From positions 360,404 to 392,403 of the forward strand of contig CAVQVF010000005.1 of NCBI GenBank assembly GCA_963717095.1: 32,000 bases of DNA, read 5' to 3'. The translations under genes were made by a program, and so were the position numbers. The notes under the pieces were generated by a model, which worked only from the letters and a program-made list of their open reading frames with translations, did no database searches and was not told where the DNA came from. The DNA comes from an uncultured Alphaproteobacteria bacterium (GTDB lineage Bacteria > Pseudomonadota > Alphaproteobacteria > Rhizobiales > Devosiaceae). Numbering within the stretch: the stretch's first letter is position 1; the number at the start of each line of letters is the position of its first letter. This document shows positions 16,578 through 24,556 of the stretch, piece after piece.

Positions 16578-17774
16578 TTGGTTCTGGACGGTTTGAAGGT
16601 CATCAATTTCTGCCACTACCTTCAGGGCCCGGCTGCGATGCAGTACCTGGCCGATATGGGCGCGGACGTCATCAAGATCGAGCCGCGCGGCGGTGCCTTC
16701 GAGCGGGAATGGGCCGGGGCAGGGGTCGCCAGGGTCGGGGGTGTCAGCGCGCTCTATCTCTGCGGCAACCGCAATGTGCGCAGCCTCTCCATGGACCTCA
16801 AGCATCCCGAAGCCAAGGAAGTGGTTTACCGCCTGCTGGACCAAAGCCACGTGCTGGCGGAGAATTTCCGCCCCGGCGCGCTCGATCGTCTCGGCTTCGG
16901 CTATGACGCGGTCCGCCGGCGCAAGCCCGATATCATTTATGCCTCCGCATCCGGCTTTGGCTCCACCGGCCCGTTCGCTCGCCGTCCGGGGCAGGATCTG
17001 CTGGTCCAGGCCATGTCGGGCCTGACCACGGTCAGCGGCGACGGCCGCACGCCGGTGCCGGTCGGCCTGGCCGCTGCCGATCAGCATGGCGCGGCGCTGA
17101 TGGCGCTGGGCATAGCCGGTGCCTATGCGCGCTGGCAGTCCAGCGGCGAAGGCACGCGCGTCGAGGCCACGTTATTCGGTGCCGCGATCGACCTGCAGAA
17201 CGAGTCCATCGTCACCTATCATGCCGCCAACCAAGGCCGCGAAGCCCTGATGCGCGATGCCCGGCTGGCCACCTGGTATCACGAGGCGCCCTATGGCGTT
17301 TACCCGATCAAGGACGGTTTCCTCGCTCTGTCCATGACGACACTGGAAGCGCTTTCAGAAGCGCTTGGCGATCCAGGGCTCAAGGCCCTGGTGGGCTGCG
17401 ATCCCTATGTCGAGCGCGACCGGGTTGCGGCTGCGACCGCCGCGGCGCTTGCCGGGCGCGGCTATGCCGATCTCGCCGCGGCCCTGGAAGTCGGCAAAAT
17501 CTGGTTTGCCCGCGTCGAGGATTATGACGACCTGATGGTCAATCCCCAGGCAATCCACAATGGCGCCTTCCAGTCCGTGCCGGTCAACGGTGCGACGGCC
17601 ACCCTGGTCAGCCACCCCGTCAGCTATGACGGCGTCGTTCCGCCGGTGCGATCCATGTCGCTATCCGCCGGCTCGGACACGCTCTCGATCCTTGAAGACG
17701 CCGGTTTCGATCCCTCGGAGCTGAACGATCTTCTGCGCAACCAGGTTATCTTCACCGCGGAGCAGGCAGCGTGA
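16578..17774 (+). CDS. Family III CoA-transferase (CaiB/BaiF/Frc family)
   Basis: 398 aa. N-terminal LDGLKVINFCHYLQGPAAMQYLADMGADVIKIEP and ENFRPGALDRLGFGYD are family hallmarks. The TTG start at 16578 is the first start codon after an in-frame TGA at 16572, with AAAGGG 8 nt upstream. Confidence 0.87.
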   Translation: MVLDGLKVINFCHYLQGPAAMQYLADMGADVIKIEPRGGAFEREWAGAGVARVGGVSALYLCGNRNVRSLSMDLKHPEAKEVVYRLLDQSHVLAENFRPGALDRLGFGYDAVRRRKPDIIYASASGFGSTGPFARRPGQDLLVQAMSGLTTVSGDGRTPVPVGLAAADQHGAALMALGIAGAYARWQSSGEGTRVEATLFGAAIDLQNESIVTYHAANQGREALMRDARLATWYHEAPYGVYPIKDGFLALSMTTLEALSEALGDPGLKALVGCDPYVERDRVAAATAAALAGRGYADLAAALEVGKIWFARVEDYDDLMVNPQAIHNGAFQSVPVNGATATLVSHPVSYDGVVPPVRSMSLSAGSDTLSILEDAGFDPSELNDLLRNQVIFTAEQAA

Positions 17775-18214
17775 GTGACACCGAATTTTTCGTGGCGATC
17801 GGCGACGAAGTCAGCTTTTCCAAAACCGTTGGCGAGTCCGACGTTTACATGTTTGCCGGCATCACCGGCGATCTGTCGTCCAACCACGTCAACGAGCAGG
17901 CCATGAGCCGCTCCAAATTCGGCCGCCGCGTTGCCCATGGCGCCTTGCTGGTCGGCTTCATGTCCACCGGTTCGACGCGCCTGATCGAGACCTTCGGTCA
18001 ATCGGCGCTGGGCACCGCGACCGCCGTGTCGCTGGGCTATGACCGGGTCCGTTTCGTGGCGCCGGTGTTTTTCGGCGACACGATCACAGTTCGCTACCGA
18101 GTTAACCGGCTGGAGCCGGAACGGCAGCGCAGTTATGGCGAGATAACCGTCGTCAACCAGAATGGAACGGTCGTGGCCGTTGCAGAGAACATCCTCAAGT
18201 GGGTGGCCGATTAG
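17771..18214 (+). CDS. MaoC-like (R)-specific enoyl-CoA hydratase/dehydratase, single hot-dog fold
   Basis: 147 aa. Variant hydratase-2 motif FAGITGDLSSNH. The GTG start overlaps the upstream stop (GTGA). Confidence 0.83.
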   Translation: MSDTEFFVAIGDEVSFSKTVGESDVYMFAGITGDLSSNHVNEQAMSRSKFGRRVAHGALLVGFMSTGSTRLIETFGQSALGTATAVSLGYDRVRFVAPVFFGDTITVRYRVNRLEPERQRSYGEITVVNQNGTVVAVAENILKWVAD

Positions 18215-18246
18215 TTCGGCAAGTTCGTAAAAAGGGAGACTACCAA

Positions 18247-19275
18247 ATGAAAAATCGTGCTGTATTGCCTACCCTGAATGTCGGTTTGGGCATTCGTGCC
18301 GTGGCTCTGGCCAGCCTGCTCGGCGCAACCGCTCTGGCGACGGCCCCGTCCGCCATTGCCCAGGAACAGAAGTCGATGGCCGTCGTGGTCAAGGTGGCGG
18401 GCGATCCGTGGTGGAGCCGGCTGGAAGAGGGCCTGAACGAATATGCCGCGGCCCATCCGGGCATCAAGGTGTTCATGCAGGGCATCTCGCACTCCGACGC
18501 GGCCCTGCAGGCCCAGCTGATCGAAGATCTCGTGGCCCAGGATATCGACGCCATCGGCATCATCCCGATTTCCCCGCAAACGCTTGAGCCGGTCATCGCC
18601 AAGGCCCGGGCTCAGGGTATCGTCGTCGTCACCCATGAGGGTGAAACCCAGCCCACCAAGGACTACGATATCGAAGCCTTCGACAATGCCGAATATGGCG
18701 TTCACCTGATGGATCAGCTCGCCGAGCGCATGGGCGAGGAAGGCGAATACGCCGTCTATGTTGGCAAGCTGACCAATGTGTCGCAGAATATCTGGGTCGA
18801 TGCCGCCATCGCGCACCAGAAAGAAGCCTATCCCAAGATGACCCTGGTCGGCGACCGGATCGAAACCGGCGAAGACGCCGCGACCGCCTATCGCAAGACG
18901 CTCGAACTGCTGGTGGCCTATCCCAATATCAAGGGTTTCCAGGGCTCCTCGTCCAATGACCCGATCGGTATCGGCCAGGCCATTGAGGAAGCGGGCCTCG
19001 AAGAGGCCACCACCGTCGTCAGCACCAGCCTCGTGTCGCTGACCCAGGATCTGCTGCAAAGCGGTGCTGTCGATATGATCAGCTTCTGGGATCCCAAGCT
19101 CGCGGGTGAAGCGATGATGGAAGCCGCCGTTCGTGCCATGGACAAGAAGCCGATCGTGACGGGCGACGATCTGGGCATCGAAGGCTACAACAAGGTCACC
19201 GTGAAGGGCGATGTCGTCGTCGGCGCCGCCTGGGTCGACGTCACCGCCGAGAATATGGATCAGTACGACTTCTAA
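18247..19275 (+). CDS. Sugar ABC transporter periplasmic binding protein, LsrB/RhaS-like (type I PBP)
   Basis: Start ATG 18247 (MKNRAVL) with GGGAG upstream, followed by a signal peptide ending AIAQEQ. The C-terminal ENMDQYDF resembles the LsrB C-terminus. Followed by RbsA- and RbsC-type components. Confidence 0.87.
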   Translation: MKNRAVLPTLNVGLGIRAVALASLLGATALATAPSAIAQEQKSMAVVVKVAGDPWWSRLEEGLNEYAAAHPGIKVFMQGISHSDAALQAQLIEDLVAQDIDAIGIIPISPQTLEPVIAKARAQGIVVVTHEGETQPTKDYDIEAFDNAEYGVHLMDQLAERMGEEGEYAVYVGKLTNVSQNIWVDAAIAHQKEAYPKMTLVGDRIETGEDAATAYRKTLELLVAYPNIKGFQGSSSNDPIGIGQAIEEAGLEEATTVVSTSLVSLTQDLLQSGAVDMISFWDPKLAGEAMMEAAVRAMDKKPIVTGDDLGIEGYNKVTVKGDVVVGAAWVDVTAENMDQYDF

Positions 19276-19297
19276 GTCGGCGATTTTACGCAACTAC

Positions 19298-19321
19298 GAT
19301 GCCGGGTCATGGCCCGGCATC
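19298..19321 (+). other. GC-rich intercistronic stem-loop directly after the binding-protein gene
   Basis: GATGCCGGG (19298-19306) and CCCGGCATC (19313-19321) are perfect reverse complements with a 6-nt loop. No T-run follows. Confidence 0.4.
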
Positions 19322-19341
19322 ATTTGAATCGAGGGGGTTTC

Positions 19342-20880
19342 ATGGCTGACAGTGCGGACAATCAAGGGGCGAACTCCGGCGCTTCGCCACTCTTGCGCGT
19401 CGTCGATATCGCCAAGTCCTATGGCGGCGTCAGGGCATTGTCCGGTGTCAGCCTGGACGTGGCGGCGGGCGAGGTCATTTCGCTGGCCGGCGAAAACGGC
19501 TCGGGTAAATCGACCCTTATCCGCGCCATTGCCGGGGTCGAACGGCCCGATTCCGGCAAGATTTTCATCGATGGCGTCGATTGGTCGGAACAGCCGCCAT
19601 CCGCTCGTATCCATGCCGGCGTGCAGATCATCTATCAGGATTTCGCCCCTTTCCCCAATCTGACGGCGGCCGAAAATATCTGGTTGCCACGCCAGATCAG
19701 CCAGGGGCGCCACATCGTCAGCCGCGCCAAAGGCCGCGCCATGGCCCGCGCCGTGCTGGATGATATGAAGGTCAGCATCGATCTCGATCGGGACCTGAGC
19801 GAATTGCCGGTCTCCCATAAGCAACTGGTGGCCATCGCGCGGGCATTGGCCCATGACGCGCGCCTGCTGATCATGGACGAGCCGACCACCGCGCTGACCC
19901 ACCGCGAGGTCGACCAATTGTTCACCCTCATTCGCCGCCTGGCCGGGGAGGGGATGGGGTTCATCTTCGTCAGCCACAAATTGCAGGAAGTCGCCGATAT
20001 CGCCGAGCGCGCCGTGGTGCTGCGCAGCGGCTCGGTAGTACTCTCCGCGCCGCTCAAGACCTTGAGCGAAGCCGACATCCAGCGCGCCATGACCGGCCGG
20101 GAAATTTCATCCGATCGCTACGAGCGCCCGGTCCGCCCGGTGCCGGCGCAACCGCGTCTGTCTCTCAGCGGATTGTCGGACGGCACCCAGTTCCACGATG
20201 TCAGCTTCGATTTGGCCCCTGGCGAAATCCTCGGCCTGGCCGGGCTGATGGGCGCTGGCCGCACCGCTTTGGCGAAAGCGATTTTCGGCATCGAGCCTGC
20301 CACCAAAGGGCGGATCAGCATCGATGGGCGCGATATTGCGGTGCGCAGCGTGGCCGATGGCCTGCGCGGTGGCATCGCCTATGTTCCCGAGGACCGGCTG
20401 AGCGAGGGCCTGTTTCTCAATTTCAGCATCCGCGACAATATCGTGGTGCGCGCCGCCGCGCAGTTGACCGACCGGTTTGGCTGGCTCACCGGCCAGCGCA
20501 AGTCCAAGGAGGCCATGCAGTGGATCGACCGGCTGTCGATCAAGGCATCCTCGGATCGCGCCCCGGTCACCAGCCTTTCGGGCGGTAACCAGCAACGCGT
20601 GGTGCTTGCGAAGTGGATGGCCAGCCACCCCGCCGTGCTCATCCTCAATCGCCCTTCGGTCGGCGTCGATGTGGGCTCGAAAGCCGGCATTCACGATGTC
20701 ATCGTCGATCTGGCCAATCAGGGCGTCGGCATCATCGTCATCTCCGATGATCTGCCCGAGTTGATGCAGCTTTGTGACCGCCTGCTGGTCGTGCGCAATG
20801 GCCGGATCGCGGCGGAACGGATGGTGGCGCAAAGTTCGGCTGCTGAAATCGTGGCCATCATCAATGAGAGCAAGTCATGA
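19342..20880 (+). CDS. Sugar ABC transporter ATP-binding protein, duplicated NBD (RbsA/LsrA-type)
   Basis: Start ATG 19342 with GAGGGGG upstream. 512 aa with two NBDs (GENGSGKST and GLMGAGRT Walker A motifs; LSGGNQQRVVLAKW signature). Confidence 0.9.
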   Translation: MADSADNQGANSGASPLLRVVDIAKSYGGVRALSGVSLDVAAGEVISLAGENGSGKSTLIRAIAGVERPDSGKIFIDGVDWSEQPPSARIHAGVQIIYQDFAPFPNLTAAENIWLPRQISQGRHIVSRAKGRAMARAVLDDMKVSIDLDRDLSELPVSHKQLVAIARALAHDARLLIMDEPTTALTHREVDQLFTLIRRLAGEGMGFIFVSHKLQEVADIAERAVVLRSGSVVLSAPLKTLSEADIQRAMTGREISSDRYERPVRPVPAQPRLSLSGLSDGTQFHDVSFDLAPGEILGLAGLMGAGRTALAKAIFGIEPATKGRISIDGRDIAVRSVADGLRGGIAYVPEDRLSEGLFLNFSIRDNIVVRAAAQLTDRFGWLTGQRKSKEAMQWIDRLSIKASSDRAPVTSLSGGNQQRVVLAKWMASHPAVLILNRPSVGVDVGSKAGIHDVIVDLANQGVGIIVISDDLPELMQLCDRLLVVRNGRIAAERMVAQSSAAEIVAIINESKS

Positions 20881-21875
20881 GCATTTCACGATTTCTATTG
20901 CGGCAGGAGACCATGCTGCTGCTGGTCCTGATCCTGCTGGTGGCTGTCGTCGGGCTCATCAATCCGGGCTTCCTGACCTTCTTCAACCTGTTCTCCATGC
21001 TCAAGAGCAGCACCGTGGTCGGCCTGTTCGCCATCGGCTTCTTCATCGTTCTGGTGATCGGCGGGCTCGACGTATCCTTCGCCGCCATTGCCGTCGTGGC
21101 CATGTACGGCACCGTGGTTCTGGCCAATGCCGTGTTCCCGGACCTGTCGATTTGGGCGCTATTCGCCATAGCCGGGCTGATCGGGGCCGGGCTCGGCGCC
21201 ATCAATGGCGTGCTGGTCACCGTGCTCAAGGCGCCATCGCTGATCATCACTTTGGGCACCACCAGCCTGTTCCGTGGCTTCCTGCTCTATTTCGTCGGCA
21301 CCGATACCATCCGCAAAGTGCCTTCCGGCATGGTGGAGTTCTCGCGCATCAATGTCCTGTCCATGACCGCCGATAACGGCGCCAGGGTAGGGCTGCATGT
21401 CTCCGTGCTGATCTTTCTGGTCATTGCCGCACTGGTGTTTTTCGTGATGCGCTACACCACGATTGGCCGAAGTCTCTATGCCATTGGCGGCAATCGTGTC
21501 GCAGCGGCGCGCATGGGCATCAATGTGCAACGCATCGAAATCCTCGCCTATACGGCGGCCGGGCTGCTCGCCGGTATTGGCGGGCTGACCGCCGCCGGCG
21601 TGATCCGTCTCGCCAATCCGCAGACCCTGGTCGGCGGCGAGCTGGACGTCATCGCCGCAGTCGTCATCGGTGGCGCTGCAATCACTGGCGGACGCGGCAG
21701 CGTGATCGGCGTCCTGCTGGGCACGCTGCTGATCGTCACCACCAATAACAGCCTGATCGTGCTGGGCGTATCGACGGTCTGGCAGAAGGTTGCCATCGGA
21801 GCCCTGCTGCTGCTGGCCATCGGCCTGCCGCTGCTTGGCCGGCTCCTCCAGGGGCAGAAGGGAACGCAGCCATGA
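20877..21875 (+). CDS. Sugar ABC transporter permease (RbsC/LsrC-type)
   Basis: 332-aa polytopic membrane protein. ATGA start/stop overlap at both ends. Confidence 0.9.
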   Translation: MSISRFLLRQETMLLLVLILLVAVVGLINPGFLTFFNLFSMLKSSTVVGLFAIGFFIVLVIGGLDVSFAAIAVVAMYGTVVLANAVFPDLSIWALFAIAGLIGAGLGAINGVLVTVLKAPSLIITLGTTSLFRGFLLYFVGTDTIRKVPSGMVEFSRINVLSMTADNGARVGLHVSVLIFLVIAALVFFVMRYTTIGRSLYAIGGNRVAAARMGINVQRIEILAYTAAGLLAGIGGLTAAGVIRLANPQTLVGGELDVIAAVVIGGAAITGGRGSVIGVLLGTLLIVTTNNSLIVLGVSTVWQKVAIGALLLLAIGLPLLGRLLQGQKGTQP

Positions 21876-22930
21876 GCACCGCCAGCCAGGCCAGGGAAAA
21901 GCAGCCCATGAGATTGCCCGAATATCTGAGCCCGCATGTCATCGTGCTGTTCGTCGTCGCTGTCCTCGTCGCCGCCGGGCTGGGATTGGCGCGGCCCGAT
22001 ATTTTCCTCAGCGCCCAAAACCTTCAGTCCATGCTGCTGCAGACCAGCGTCATCGGCCTGCTATCCCTGGCCGTGGCCCTGACCTTGCTGACCGGCGGCA
22101 TCGATCTTTCGGTCAATGCCACCGCCAATCTTGGCTCGATCATCGCCGCTAATTTGATGGCCGGCATGGTCGCCAGCCAGTTCGGCCTGCCTCCTGAATT
22201 GGTGGCGGTTGTCGGCCTGGCAATAGGATTGGGCGTCGGCGTGCTGTGCGGGCTGTTCAATGGCGTGCTGATCGCCGTCCTCGGCTATTCACCCATTCTG
22301 GCAACGCTGGGCACCATGACGCTGTTCGTCGGCATCGGCACCGTGATTACCGGCGGCAGCACGCTGTTCGGCATCGAGGCCTTTGCGGCAGTCGGGCGCG
22401 GAACCTTGCTCGGCCTGCCCGTGCCGGCGCTGATCTTCGTGCTGGCGGCGATTGCCCTGGCCTTCATGCTGCATGGGCGCCGGTTCGGCTTCAACGTCTA
22501 TCTCTACGGCGCCAATCCCGTTGCCGCGCGCTATTCCGGCATCAACACACGGCGCCTGCTCTTGGCGGTCTATGCCCTGAGCGGGGCGCTGGCCGGTCTG
22601 GCCGGCATGATCAACCTGGGCGTGACCAATTCCGCCAATGTCGATTTCGGTTCCTCCTATGTGCTGATGGCCATTCTGGTTGCCGTTCTGGGCGGCATTT
22701 CGCCCCTGGGCGGCGCGGGCAAGATCGTCGGCGTGATCTTCTCCGTCGTCATCCTGCAGCTATTGTCCACCGGCCTCAATCTGGTGTTCCAATCGAGCGG
22801 CAGCAATTTCCTCAAGGACTTTGCCTGGGGCGCGACCCTCATCCTGGTCCTGGCGGTTGGCGCCGTGCAGCCCAAATATTTCCGAACGCTGCTGAGCCTC
22901 GGGCGAACAACCAAACAACGGGGCCTGTGA
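21872..22930 (+). CDS. Sugar ABC transporter permease (RbsC/LsrD-type)
   Basis: 352-aa polytopic membrane protein. ATGA overlap with the upstream permease. An alternative start at Met13 is possible. Confidence 0.88.
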   Translation: MSTASQAREKQPMRLPEYLSPHVIVLFVVAVLVAAGLGLARPDIFLSAQNLQSMLLQTSVIGLLSLAVALTLLTGGIDLSVNATANLGSIIAANLMAGMVASQFGLPPELVAVVGLAIGLGVGVLCGLFNGVLIAVLGYSPILATLGTMTLFVGIGTVITGGSTLFGIEAFAAVGRGTLLGLPVPALIFVLAAIALAFMLHGRRFGFNVYLYGANPVAARYSGINTRRLLLAVYALSGALAGLAGMINLGVTNSANVDFGSSYVLMAILVAVLGGISPLGGAGKIVGVIFSVVILQLLSTGLNLVFQSSGSNFLKDFAWGATLILVLAVGAVQPKYFRTLLSLGRTTKQRGL

Positions 22931-22932
22931 TC

Positions 22933-23127
22933 ATGCAGACCAAGGACGACGCCGTACTCCTGGCCTGCGACGCCATGCTGCGCGAAGTTGGCAATATGCC
23001 ATTGACGCCCGAGCGCCTGGACGATGCCTCCGGCGTCATCCGCAGCATCGTCGCGGCGATCCGCGCCATGGATGAAGTCGATGTCGACGAAGTCGAACCC
23101 GCCTTCGTCTTCAGGGCGCAGCCATGA
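22933..23127 (+). CDS. GatC/AtzG-like small protein (64 aa), probable obligate partner of the downstream amidase
   Basis: Not listed as its own ORF; it forms the last 64 codons of the spurious 22246-23127 ORF. Translation: MQTKDDAVLLACDAMLREVGNMPLTPERLDDASGVIRSIVAAIRAMDEVDVDEVEPAFVFRAQP. It shows the GatC pattern (helical segment, then acidic D-x-D/E-x-V-E-P). The ATG lies 2 nt after the permease stop, and its stop overlaps the amidase ATG (ATGA). Confidence 0.65.
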   Translation: MQTKDDAVLLACDAMLREVGNMPLTPERLDDASGVIRSIVAAIRAMDEVDVDEVEPAFVFRAQP

Positions 23128-24530
23128 CCCCTGCACCCCTGAGCATTCGCCAAGCCGGCGAGCAGCTGCGTGCCCGCACGCTGAAAGCCACCCAGCTGGT
23201 GGGCCAGGCTATCGCCGCCGCAGACCGCTCGGACAAGGCGCTCAACGTCTTTGCCGCGCGGGCCGATAGCCAGCGCCTGCTGGACCAAGCCGGACAGATC
23301 GACCGCCGCCTCGATGCCGGTGACGCCGTCGGCCCCCTGGCCGGCATTCCGCTCGCCATCAAGGATCTTTTCGACACTTACGATCTGCCCACCACGGCCA
23401 GCTCCAAGGTTCTGGCCGGCCGCCAGACCGAGGGCGATGCCGTCGCCGTGGCGCGCCTGCGGGCTGCCGGTGGCGTCGTGGTCGGCAAGTCGCAGACCCA
23501 TGAATTTGCCTATGGCCCCACCACCAACAACGACTATGCCGGCCCCTCGCACAATCCGTGGAACCCCGAACACGTCCCGGGCGGCTCCAGCGGCGGTTCC
23601 GCCATCGCGGTCGCCACTGGCATGTGCATGGGCGCGACCGGCAGCGATACCGGCGGCTCCATCCGCACGCCCAGCGCGCTCTGCGGCATTTCCGGCCTCA
23701 AACCCACCTATGGCCTTGTCAGCAAGCGCGGCGTGCTGTCGCTCGCCTGGTCGCTCGATCACGCCGGCCCCATGGCGCGCAGCGTCGATGACCTCGCCTT
23801 CCTGCTCGAAGCCATGGCCGGTTTCGATCCCGAAGACCCCGGCTCGGCCCAGGTGACGCTGCCACGCTATAGCGAAGTCGCCGCCCAGCCCCCCGAAGCC
23901 CTGCGGATCGGCGTTCCCGCCCACTATTTCCTCGATACCATCGACCCCGAAGTGCGCGCTGCCTTCGAGACTTCGCTCGATACCCTTCGCGCCCTCGGCC
24001 ACAGCGTCGAAACCGTCGTGCTGCCGCATCTCAAATACGCGCTAGGCGCGGAACTGGCGATCCTGGCCTCGGAAGCCTCCGCCTATCACCGCGACCGGAT
24101 GCGGATGCAAGCCAACGACTTCTCATCCAACGTGCGGCGCGAACTCGATGCCGGCATGACCGTGCTGGCCACCGACTACCTGCTCGGCCAGCGCGTCCGC
24201 CGCCTGATTTGCCGGGATTTCGCCGAGGTCTTCACCAAGCTCGATGTGCTGGCAACGCCCACCATCCCCATCGTCGCGCCCCGCATCGGCGCTGCCACGG
24301 TATCGATCGAGGGCGTCGACTATCCGGCGCTGAACGCGATCTGGCGCAATGTGTTTCCCACCAATCTCACCGGCTCACCGACCCTGTGCCTGCCCAACGG
24401 TTTCTCGCGCTCGAACCTGCCGATCAGCCTGCAATTGATCGGCCGCAATTTCGACGAAGCCACCCTGCTGCGCCTCGGTGTCCAGTTGCAGAACCACACC
24501 GACTGGCACCGCCAGACCCCACCCGTCTAG
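23124..24530 (+). CDS. Amidase-signature family amidohydrolase (GatA/AtzE-like)
   Basis: 468 aa. Ser-cisSer-Lys triad contexts PLAIKDLF, GGSSGGSAIAVA and GSDTGGSIRTPS. Confidence 0.9.
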   Translation: MTPAPLSIRQAGEQLRARTLKATQLVGQAIAAADRSDKALNVFAARADSQRLLDQAGQIDRRLDAGDAVGPLAGIPLAIKDLFDTYDLPTTASSKVLAGRQTEGDAVAVARLRAAGGVVVGKSQTHEFAYGPTTNNDYAGPSHNPWNPEHVPGGSSGGSAIAVATGMCMGATGSDTGGSIRTPSALCGISGLKPTYGLVSKRGVLSLAWSLDHAGPMARSVDDLAFLLEAMAGFDPEDPGSAQVTLPRYSEVAAQPPEALRIGVPAHYFLDTIDPEVRAAFETSLDTLRALGHSVETVVLPHLKYALGAELAILASEASAYHRDRMRMQANDFSSNVRRELDAGMTVLATDYLLGQRVRRLICRDFAEVFTKLDVLATPTIPIVAPRIGAATVSIEGVDYPALNAIWRNVFPTNLTGSPTLCLPNGFSRSNLPISLQLIGRNFDEATLLRLGVQLQNHTDWHRQTPPV

Positions 24531-24556
24531 CCCTTTTGAATTCGGAGTTGCTGCCT

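Noticed and set aside
18211-19293. 360-aa minus-strand ORF opposite the LsrB-like gene
   Set aside because: It is an antisense shadow ORF with no start context and no recognisable domain.
22246-23127. 293-aa ORF listed in the track
   Set aside because: Its first roughly 229 codons are an alternate frame of the 21872-22930 permease (Arg/Pro-rich junk). Only the last 64 codons, from ATG 22933, look real; they are reported as the GatC/AtzG-like gene.
22839-24029. 396-aa minus-strand ORF opposite the amidase; likewise 24527-25606 opposite the Ldh_2 gene and 30695-31930 opposite kdpD
   Set aside because: All three are antisense to genes with clear catalytic motifs. Their Gly/Ala/Arg/Asp-rich composition is typical of high-GC antisense frames.
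24209-24556. N-terminal extension of the Ldh_2 ORF (the track starts it at 24209)
   Set aside because: The extension overlaps the amidase 3' end in another frame and is Arg/Pro/His-rich. The family-typical N-terminus begins at MPRYDAGEL (24557).
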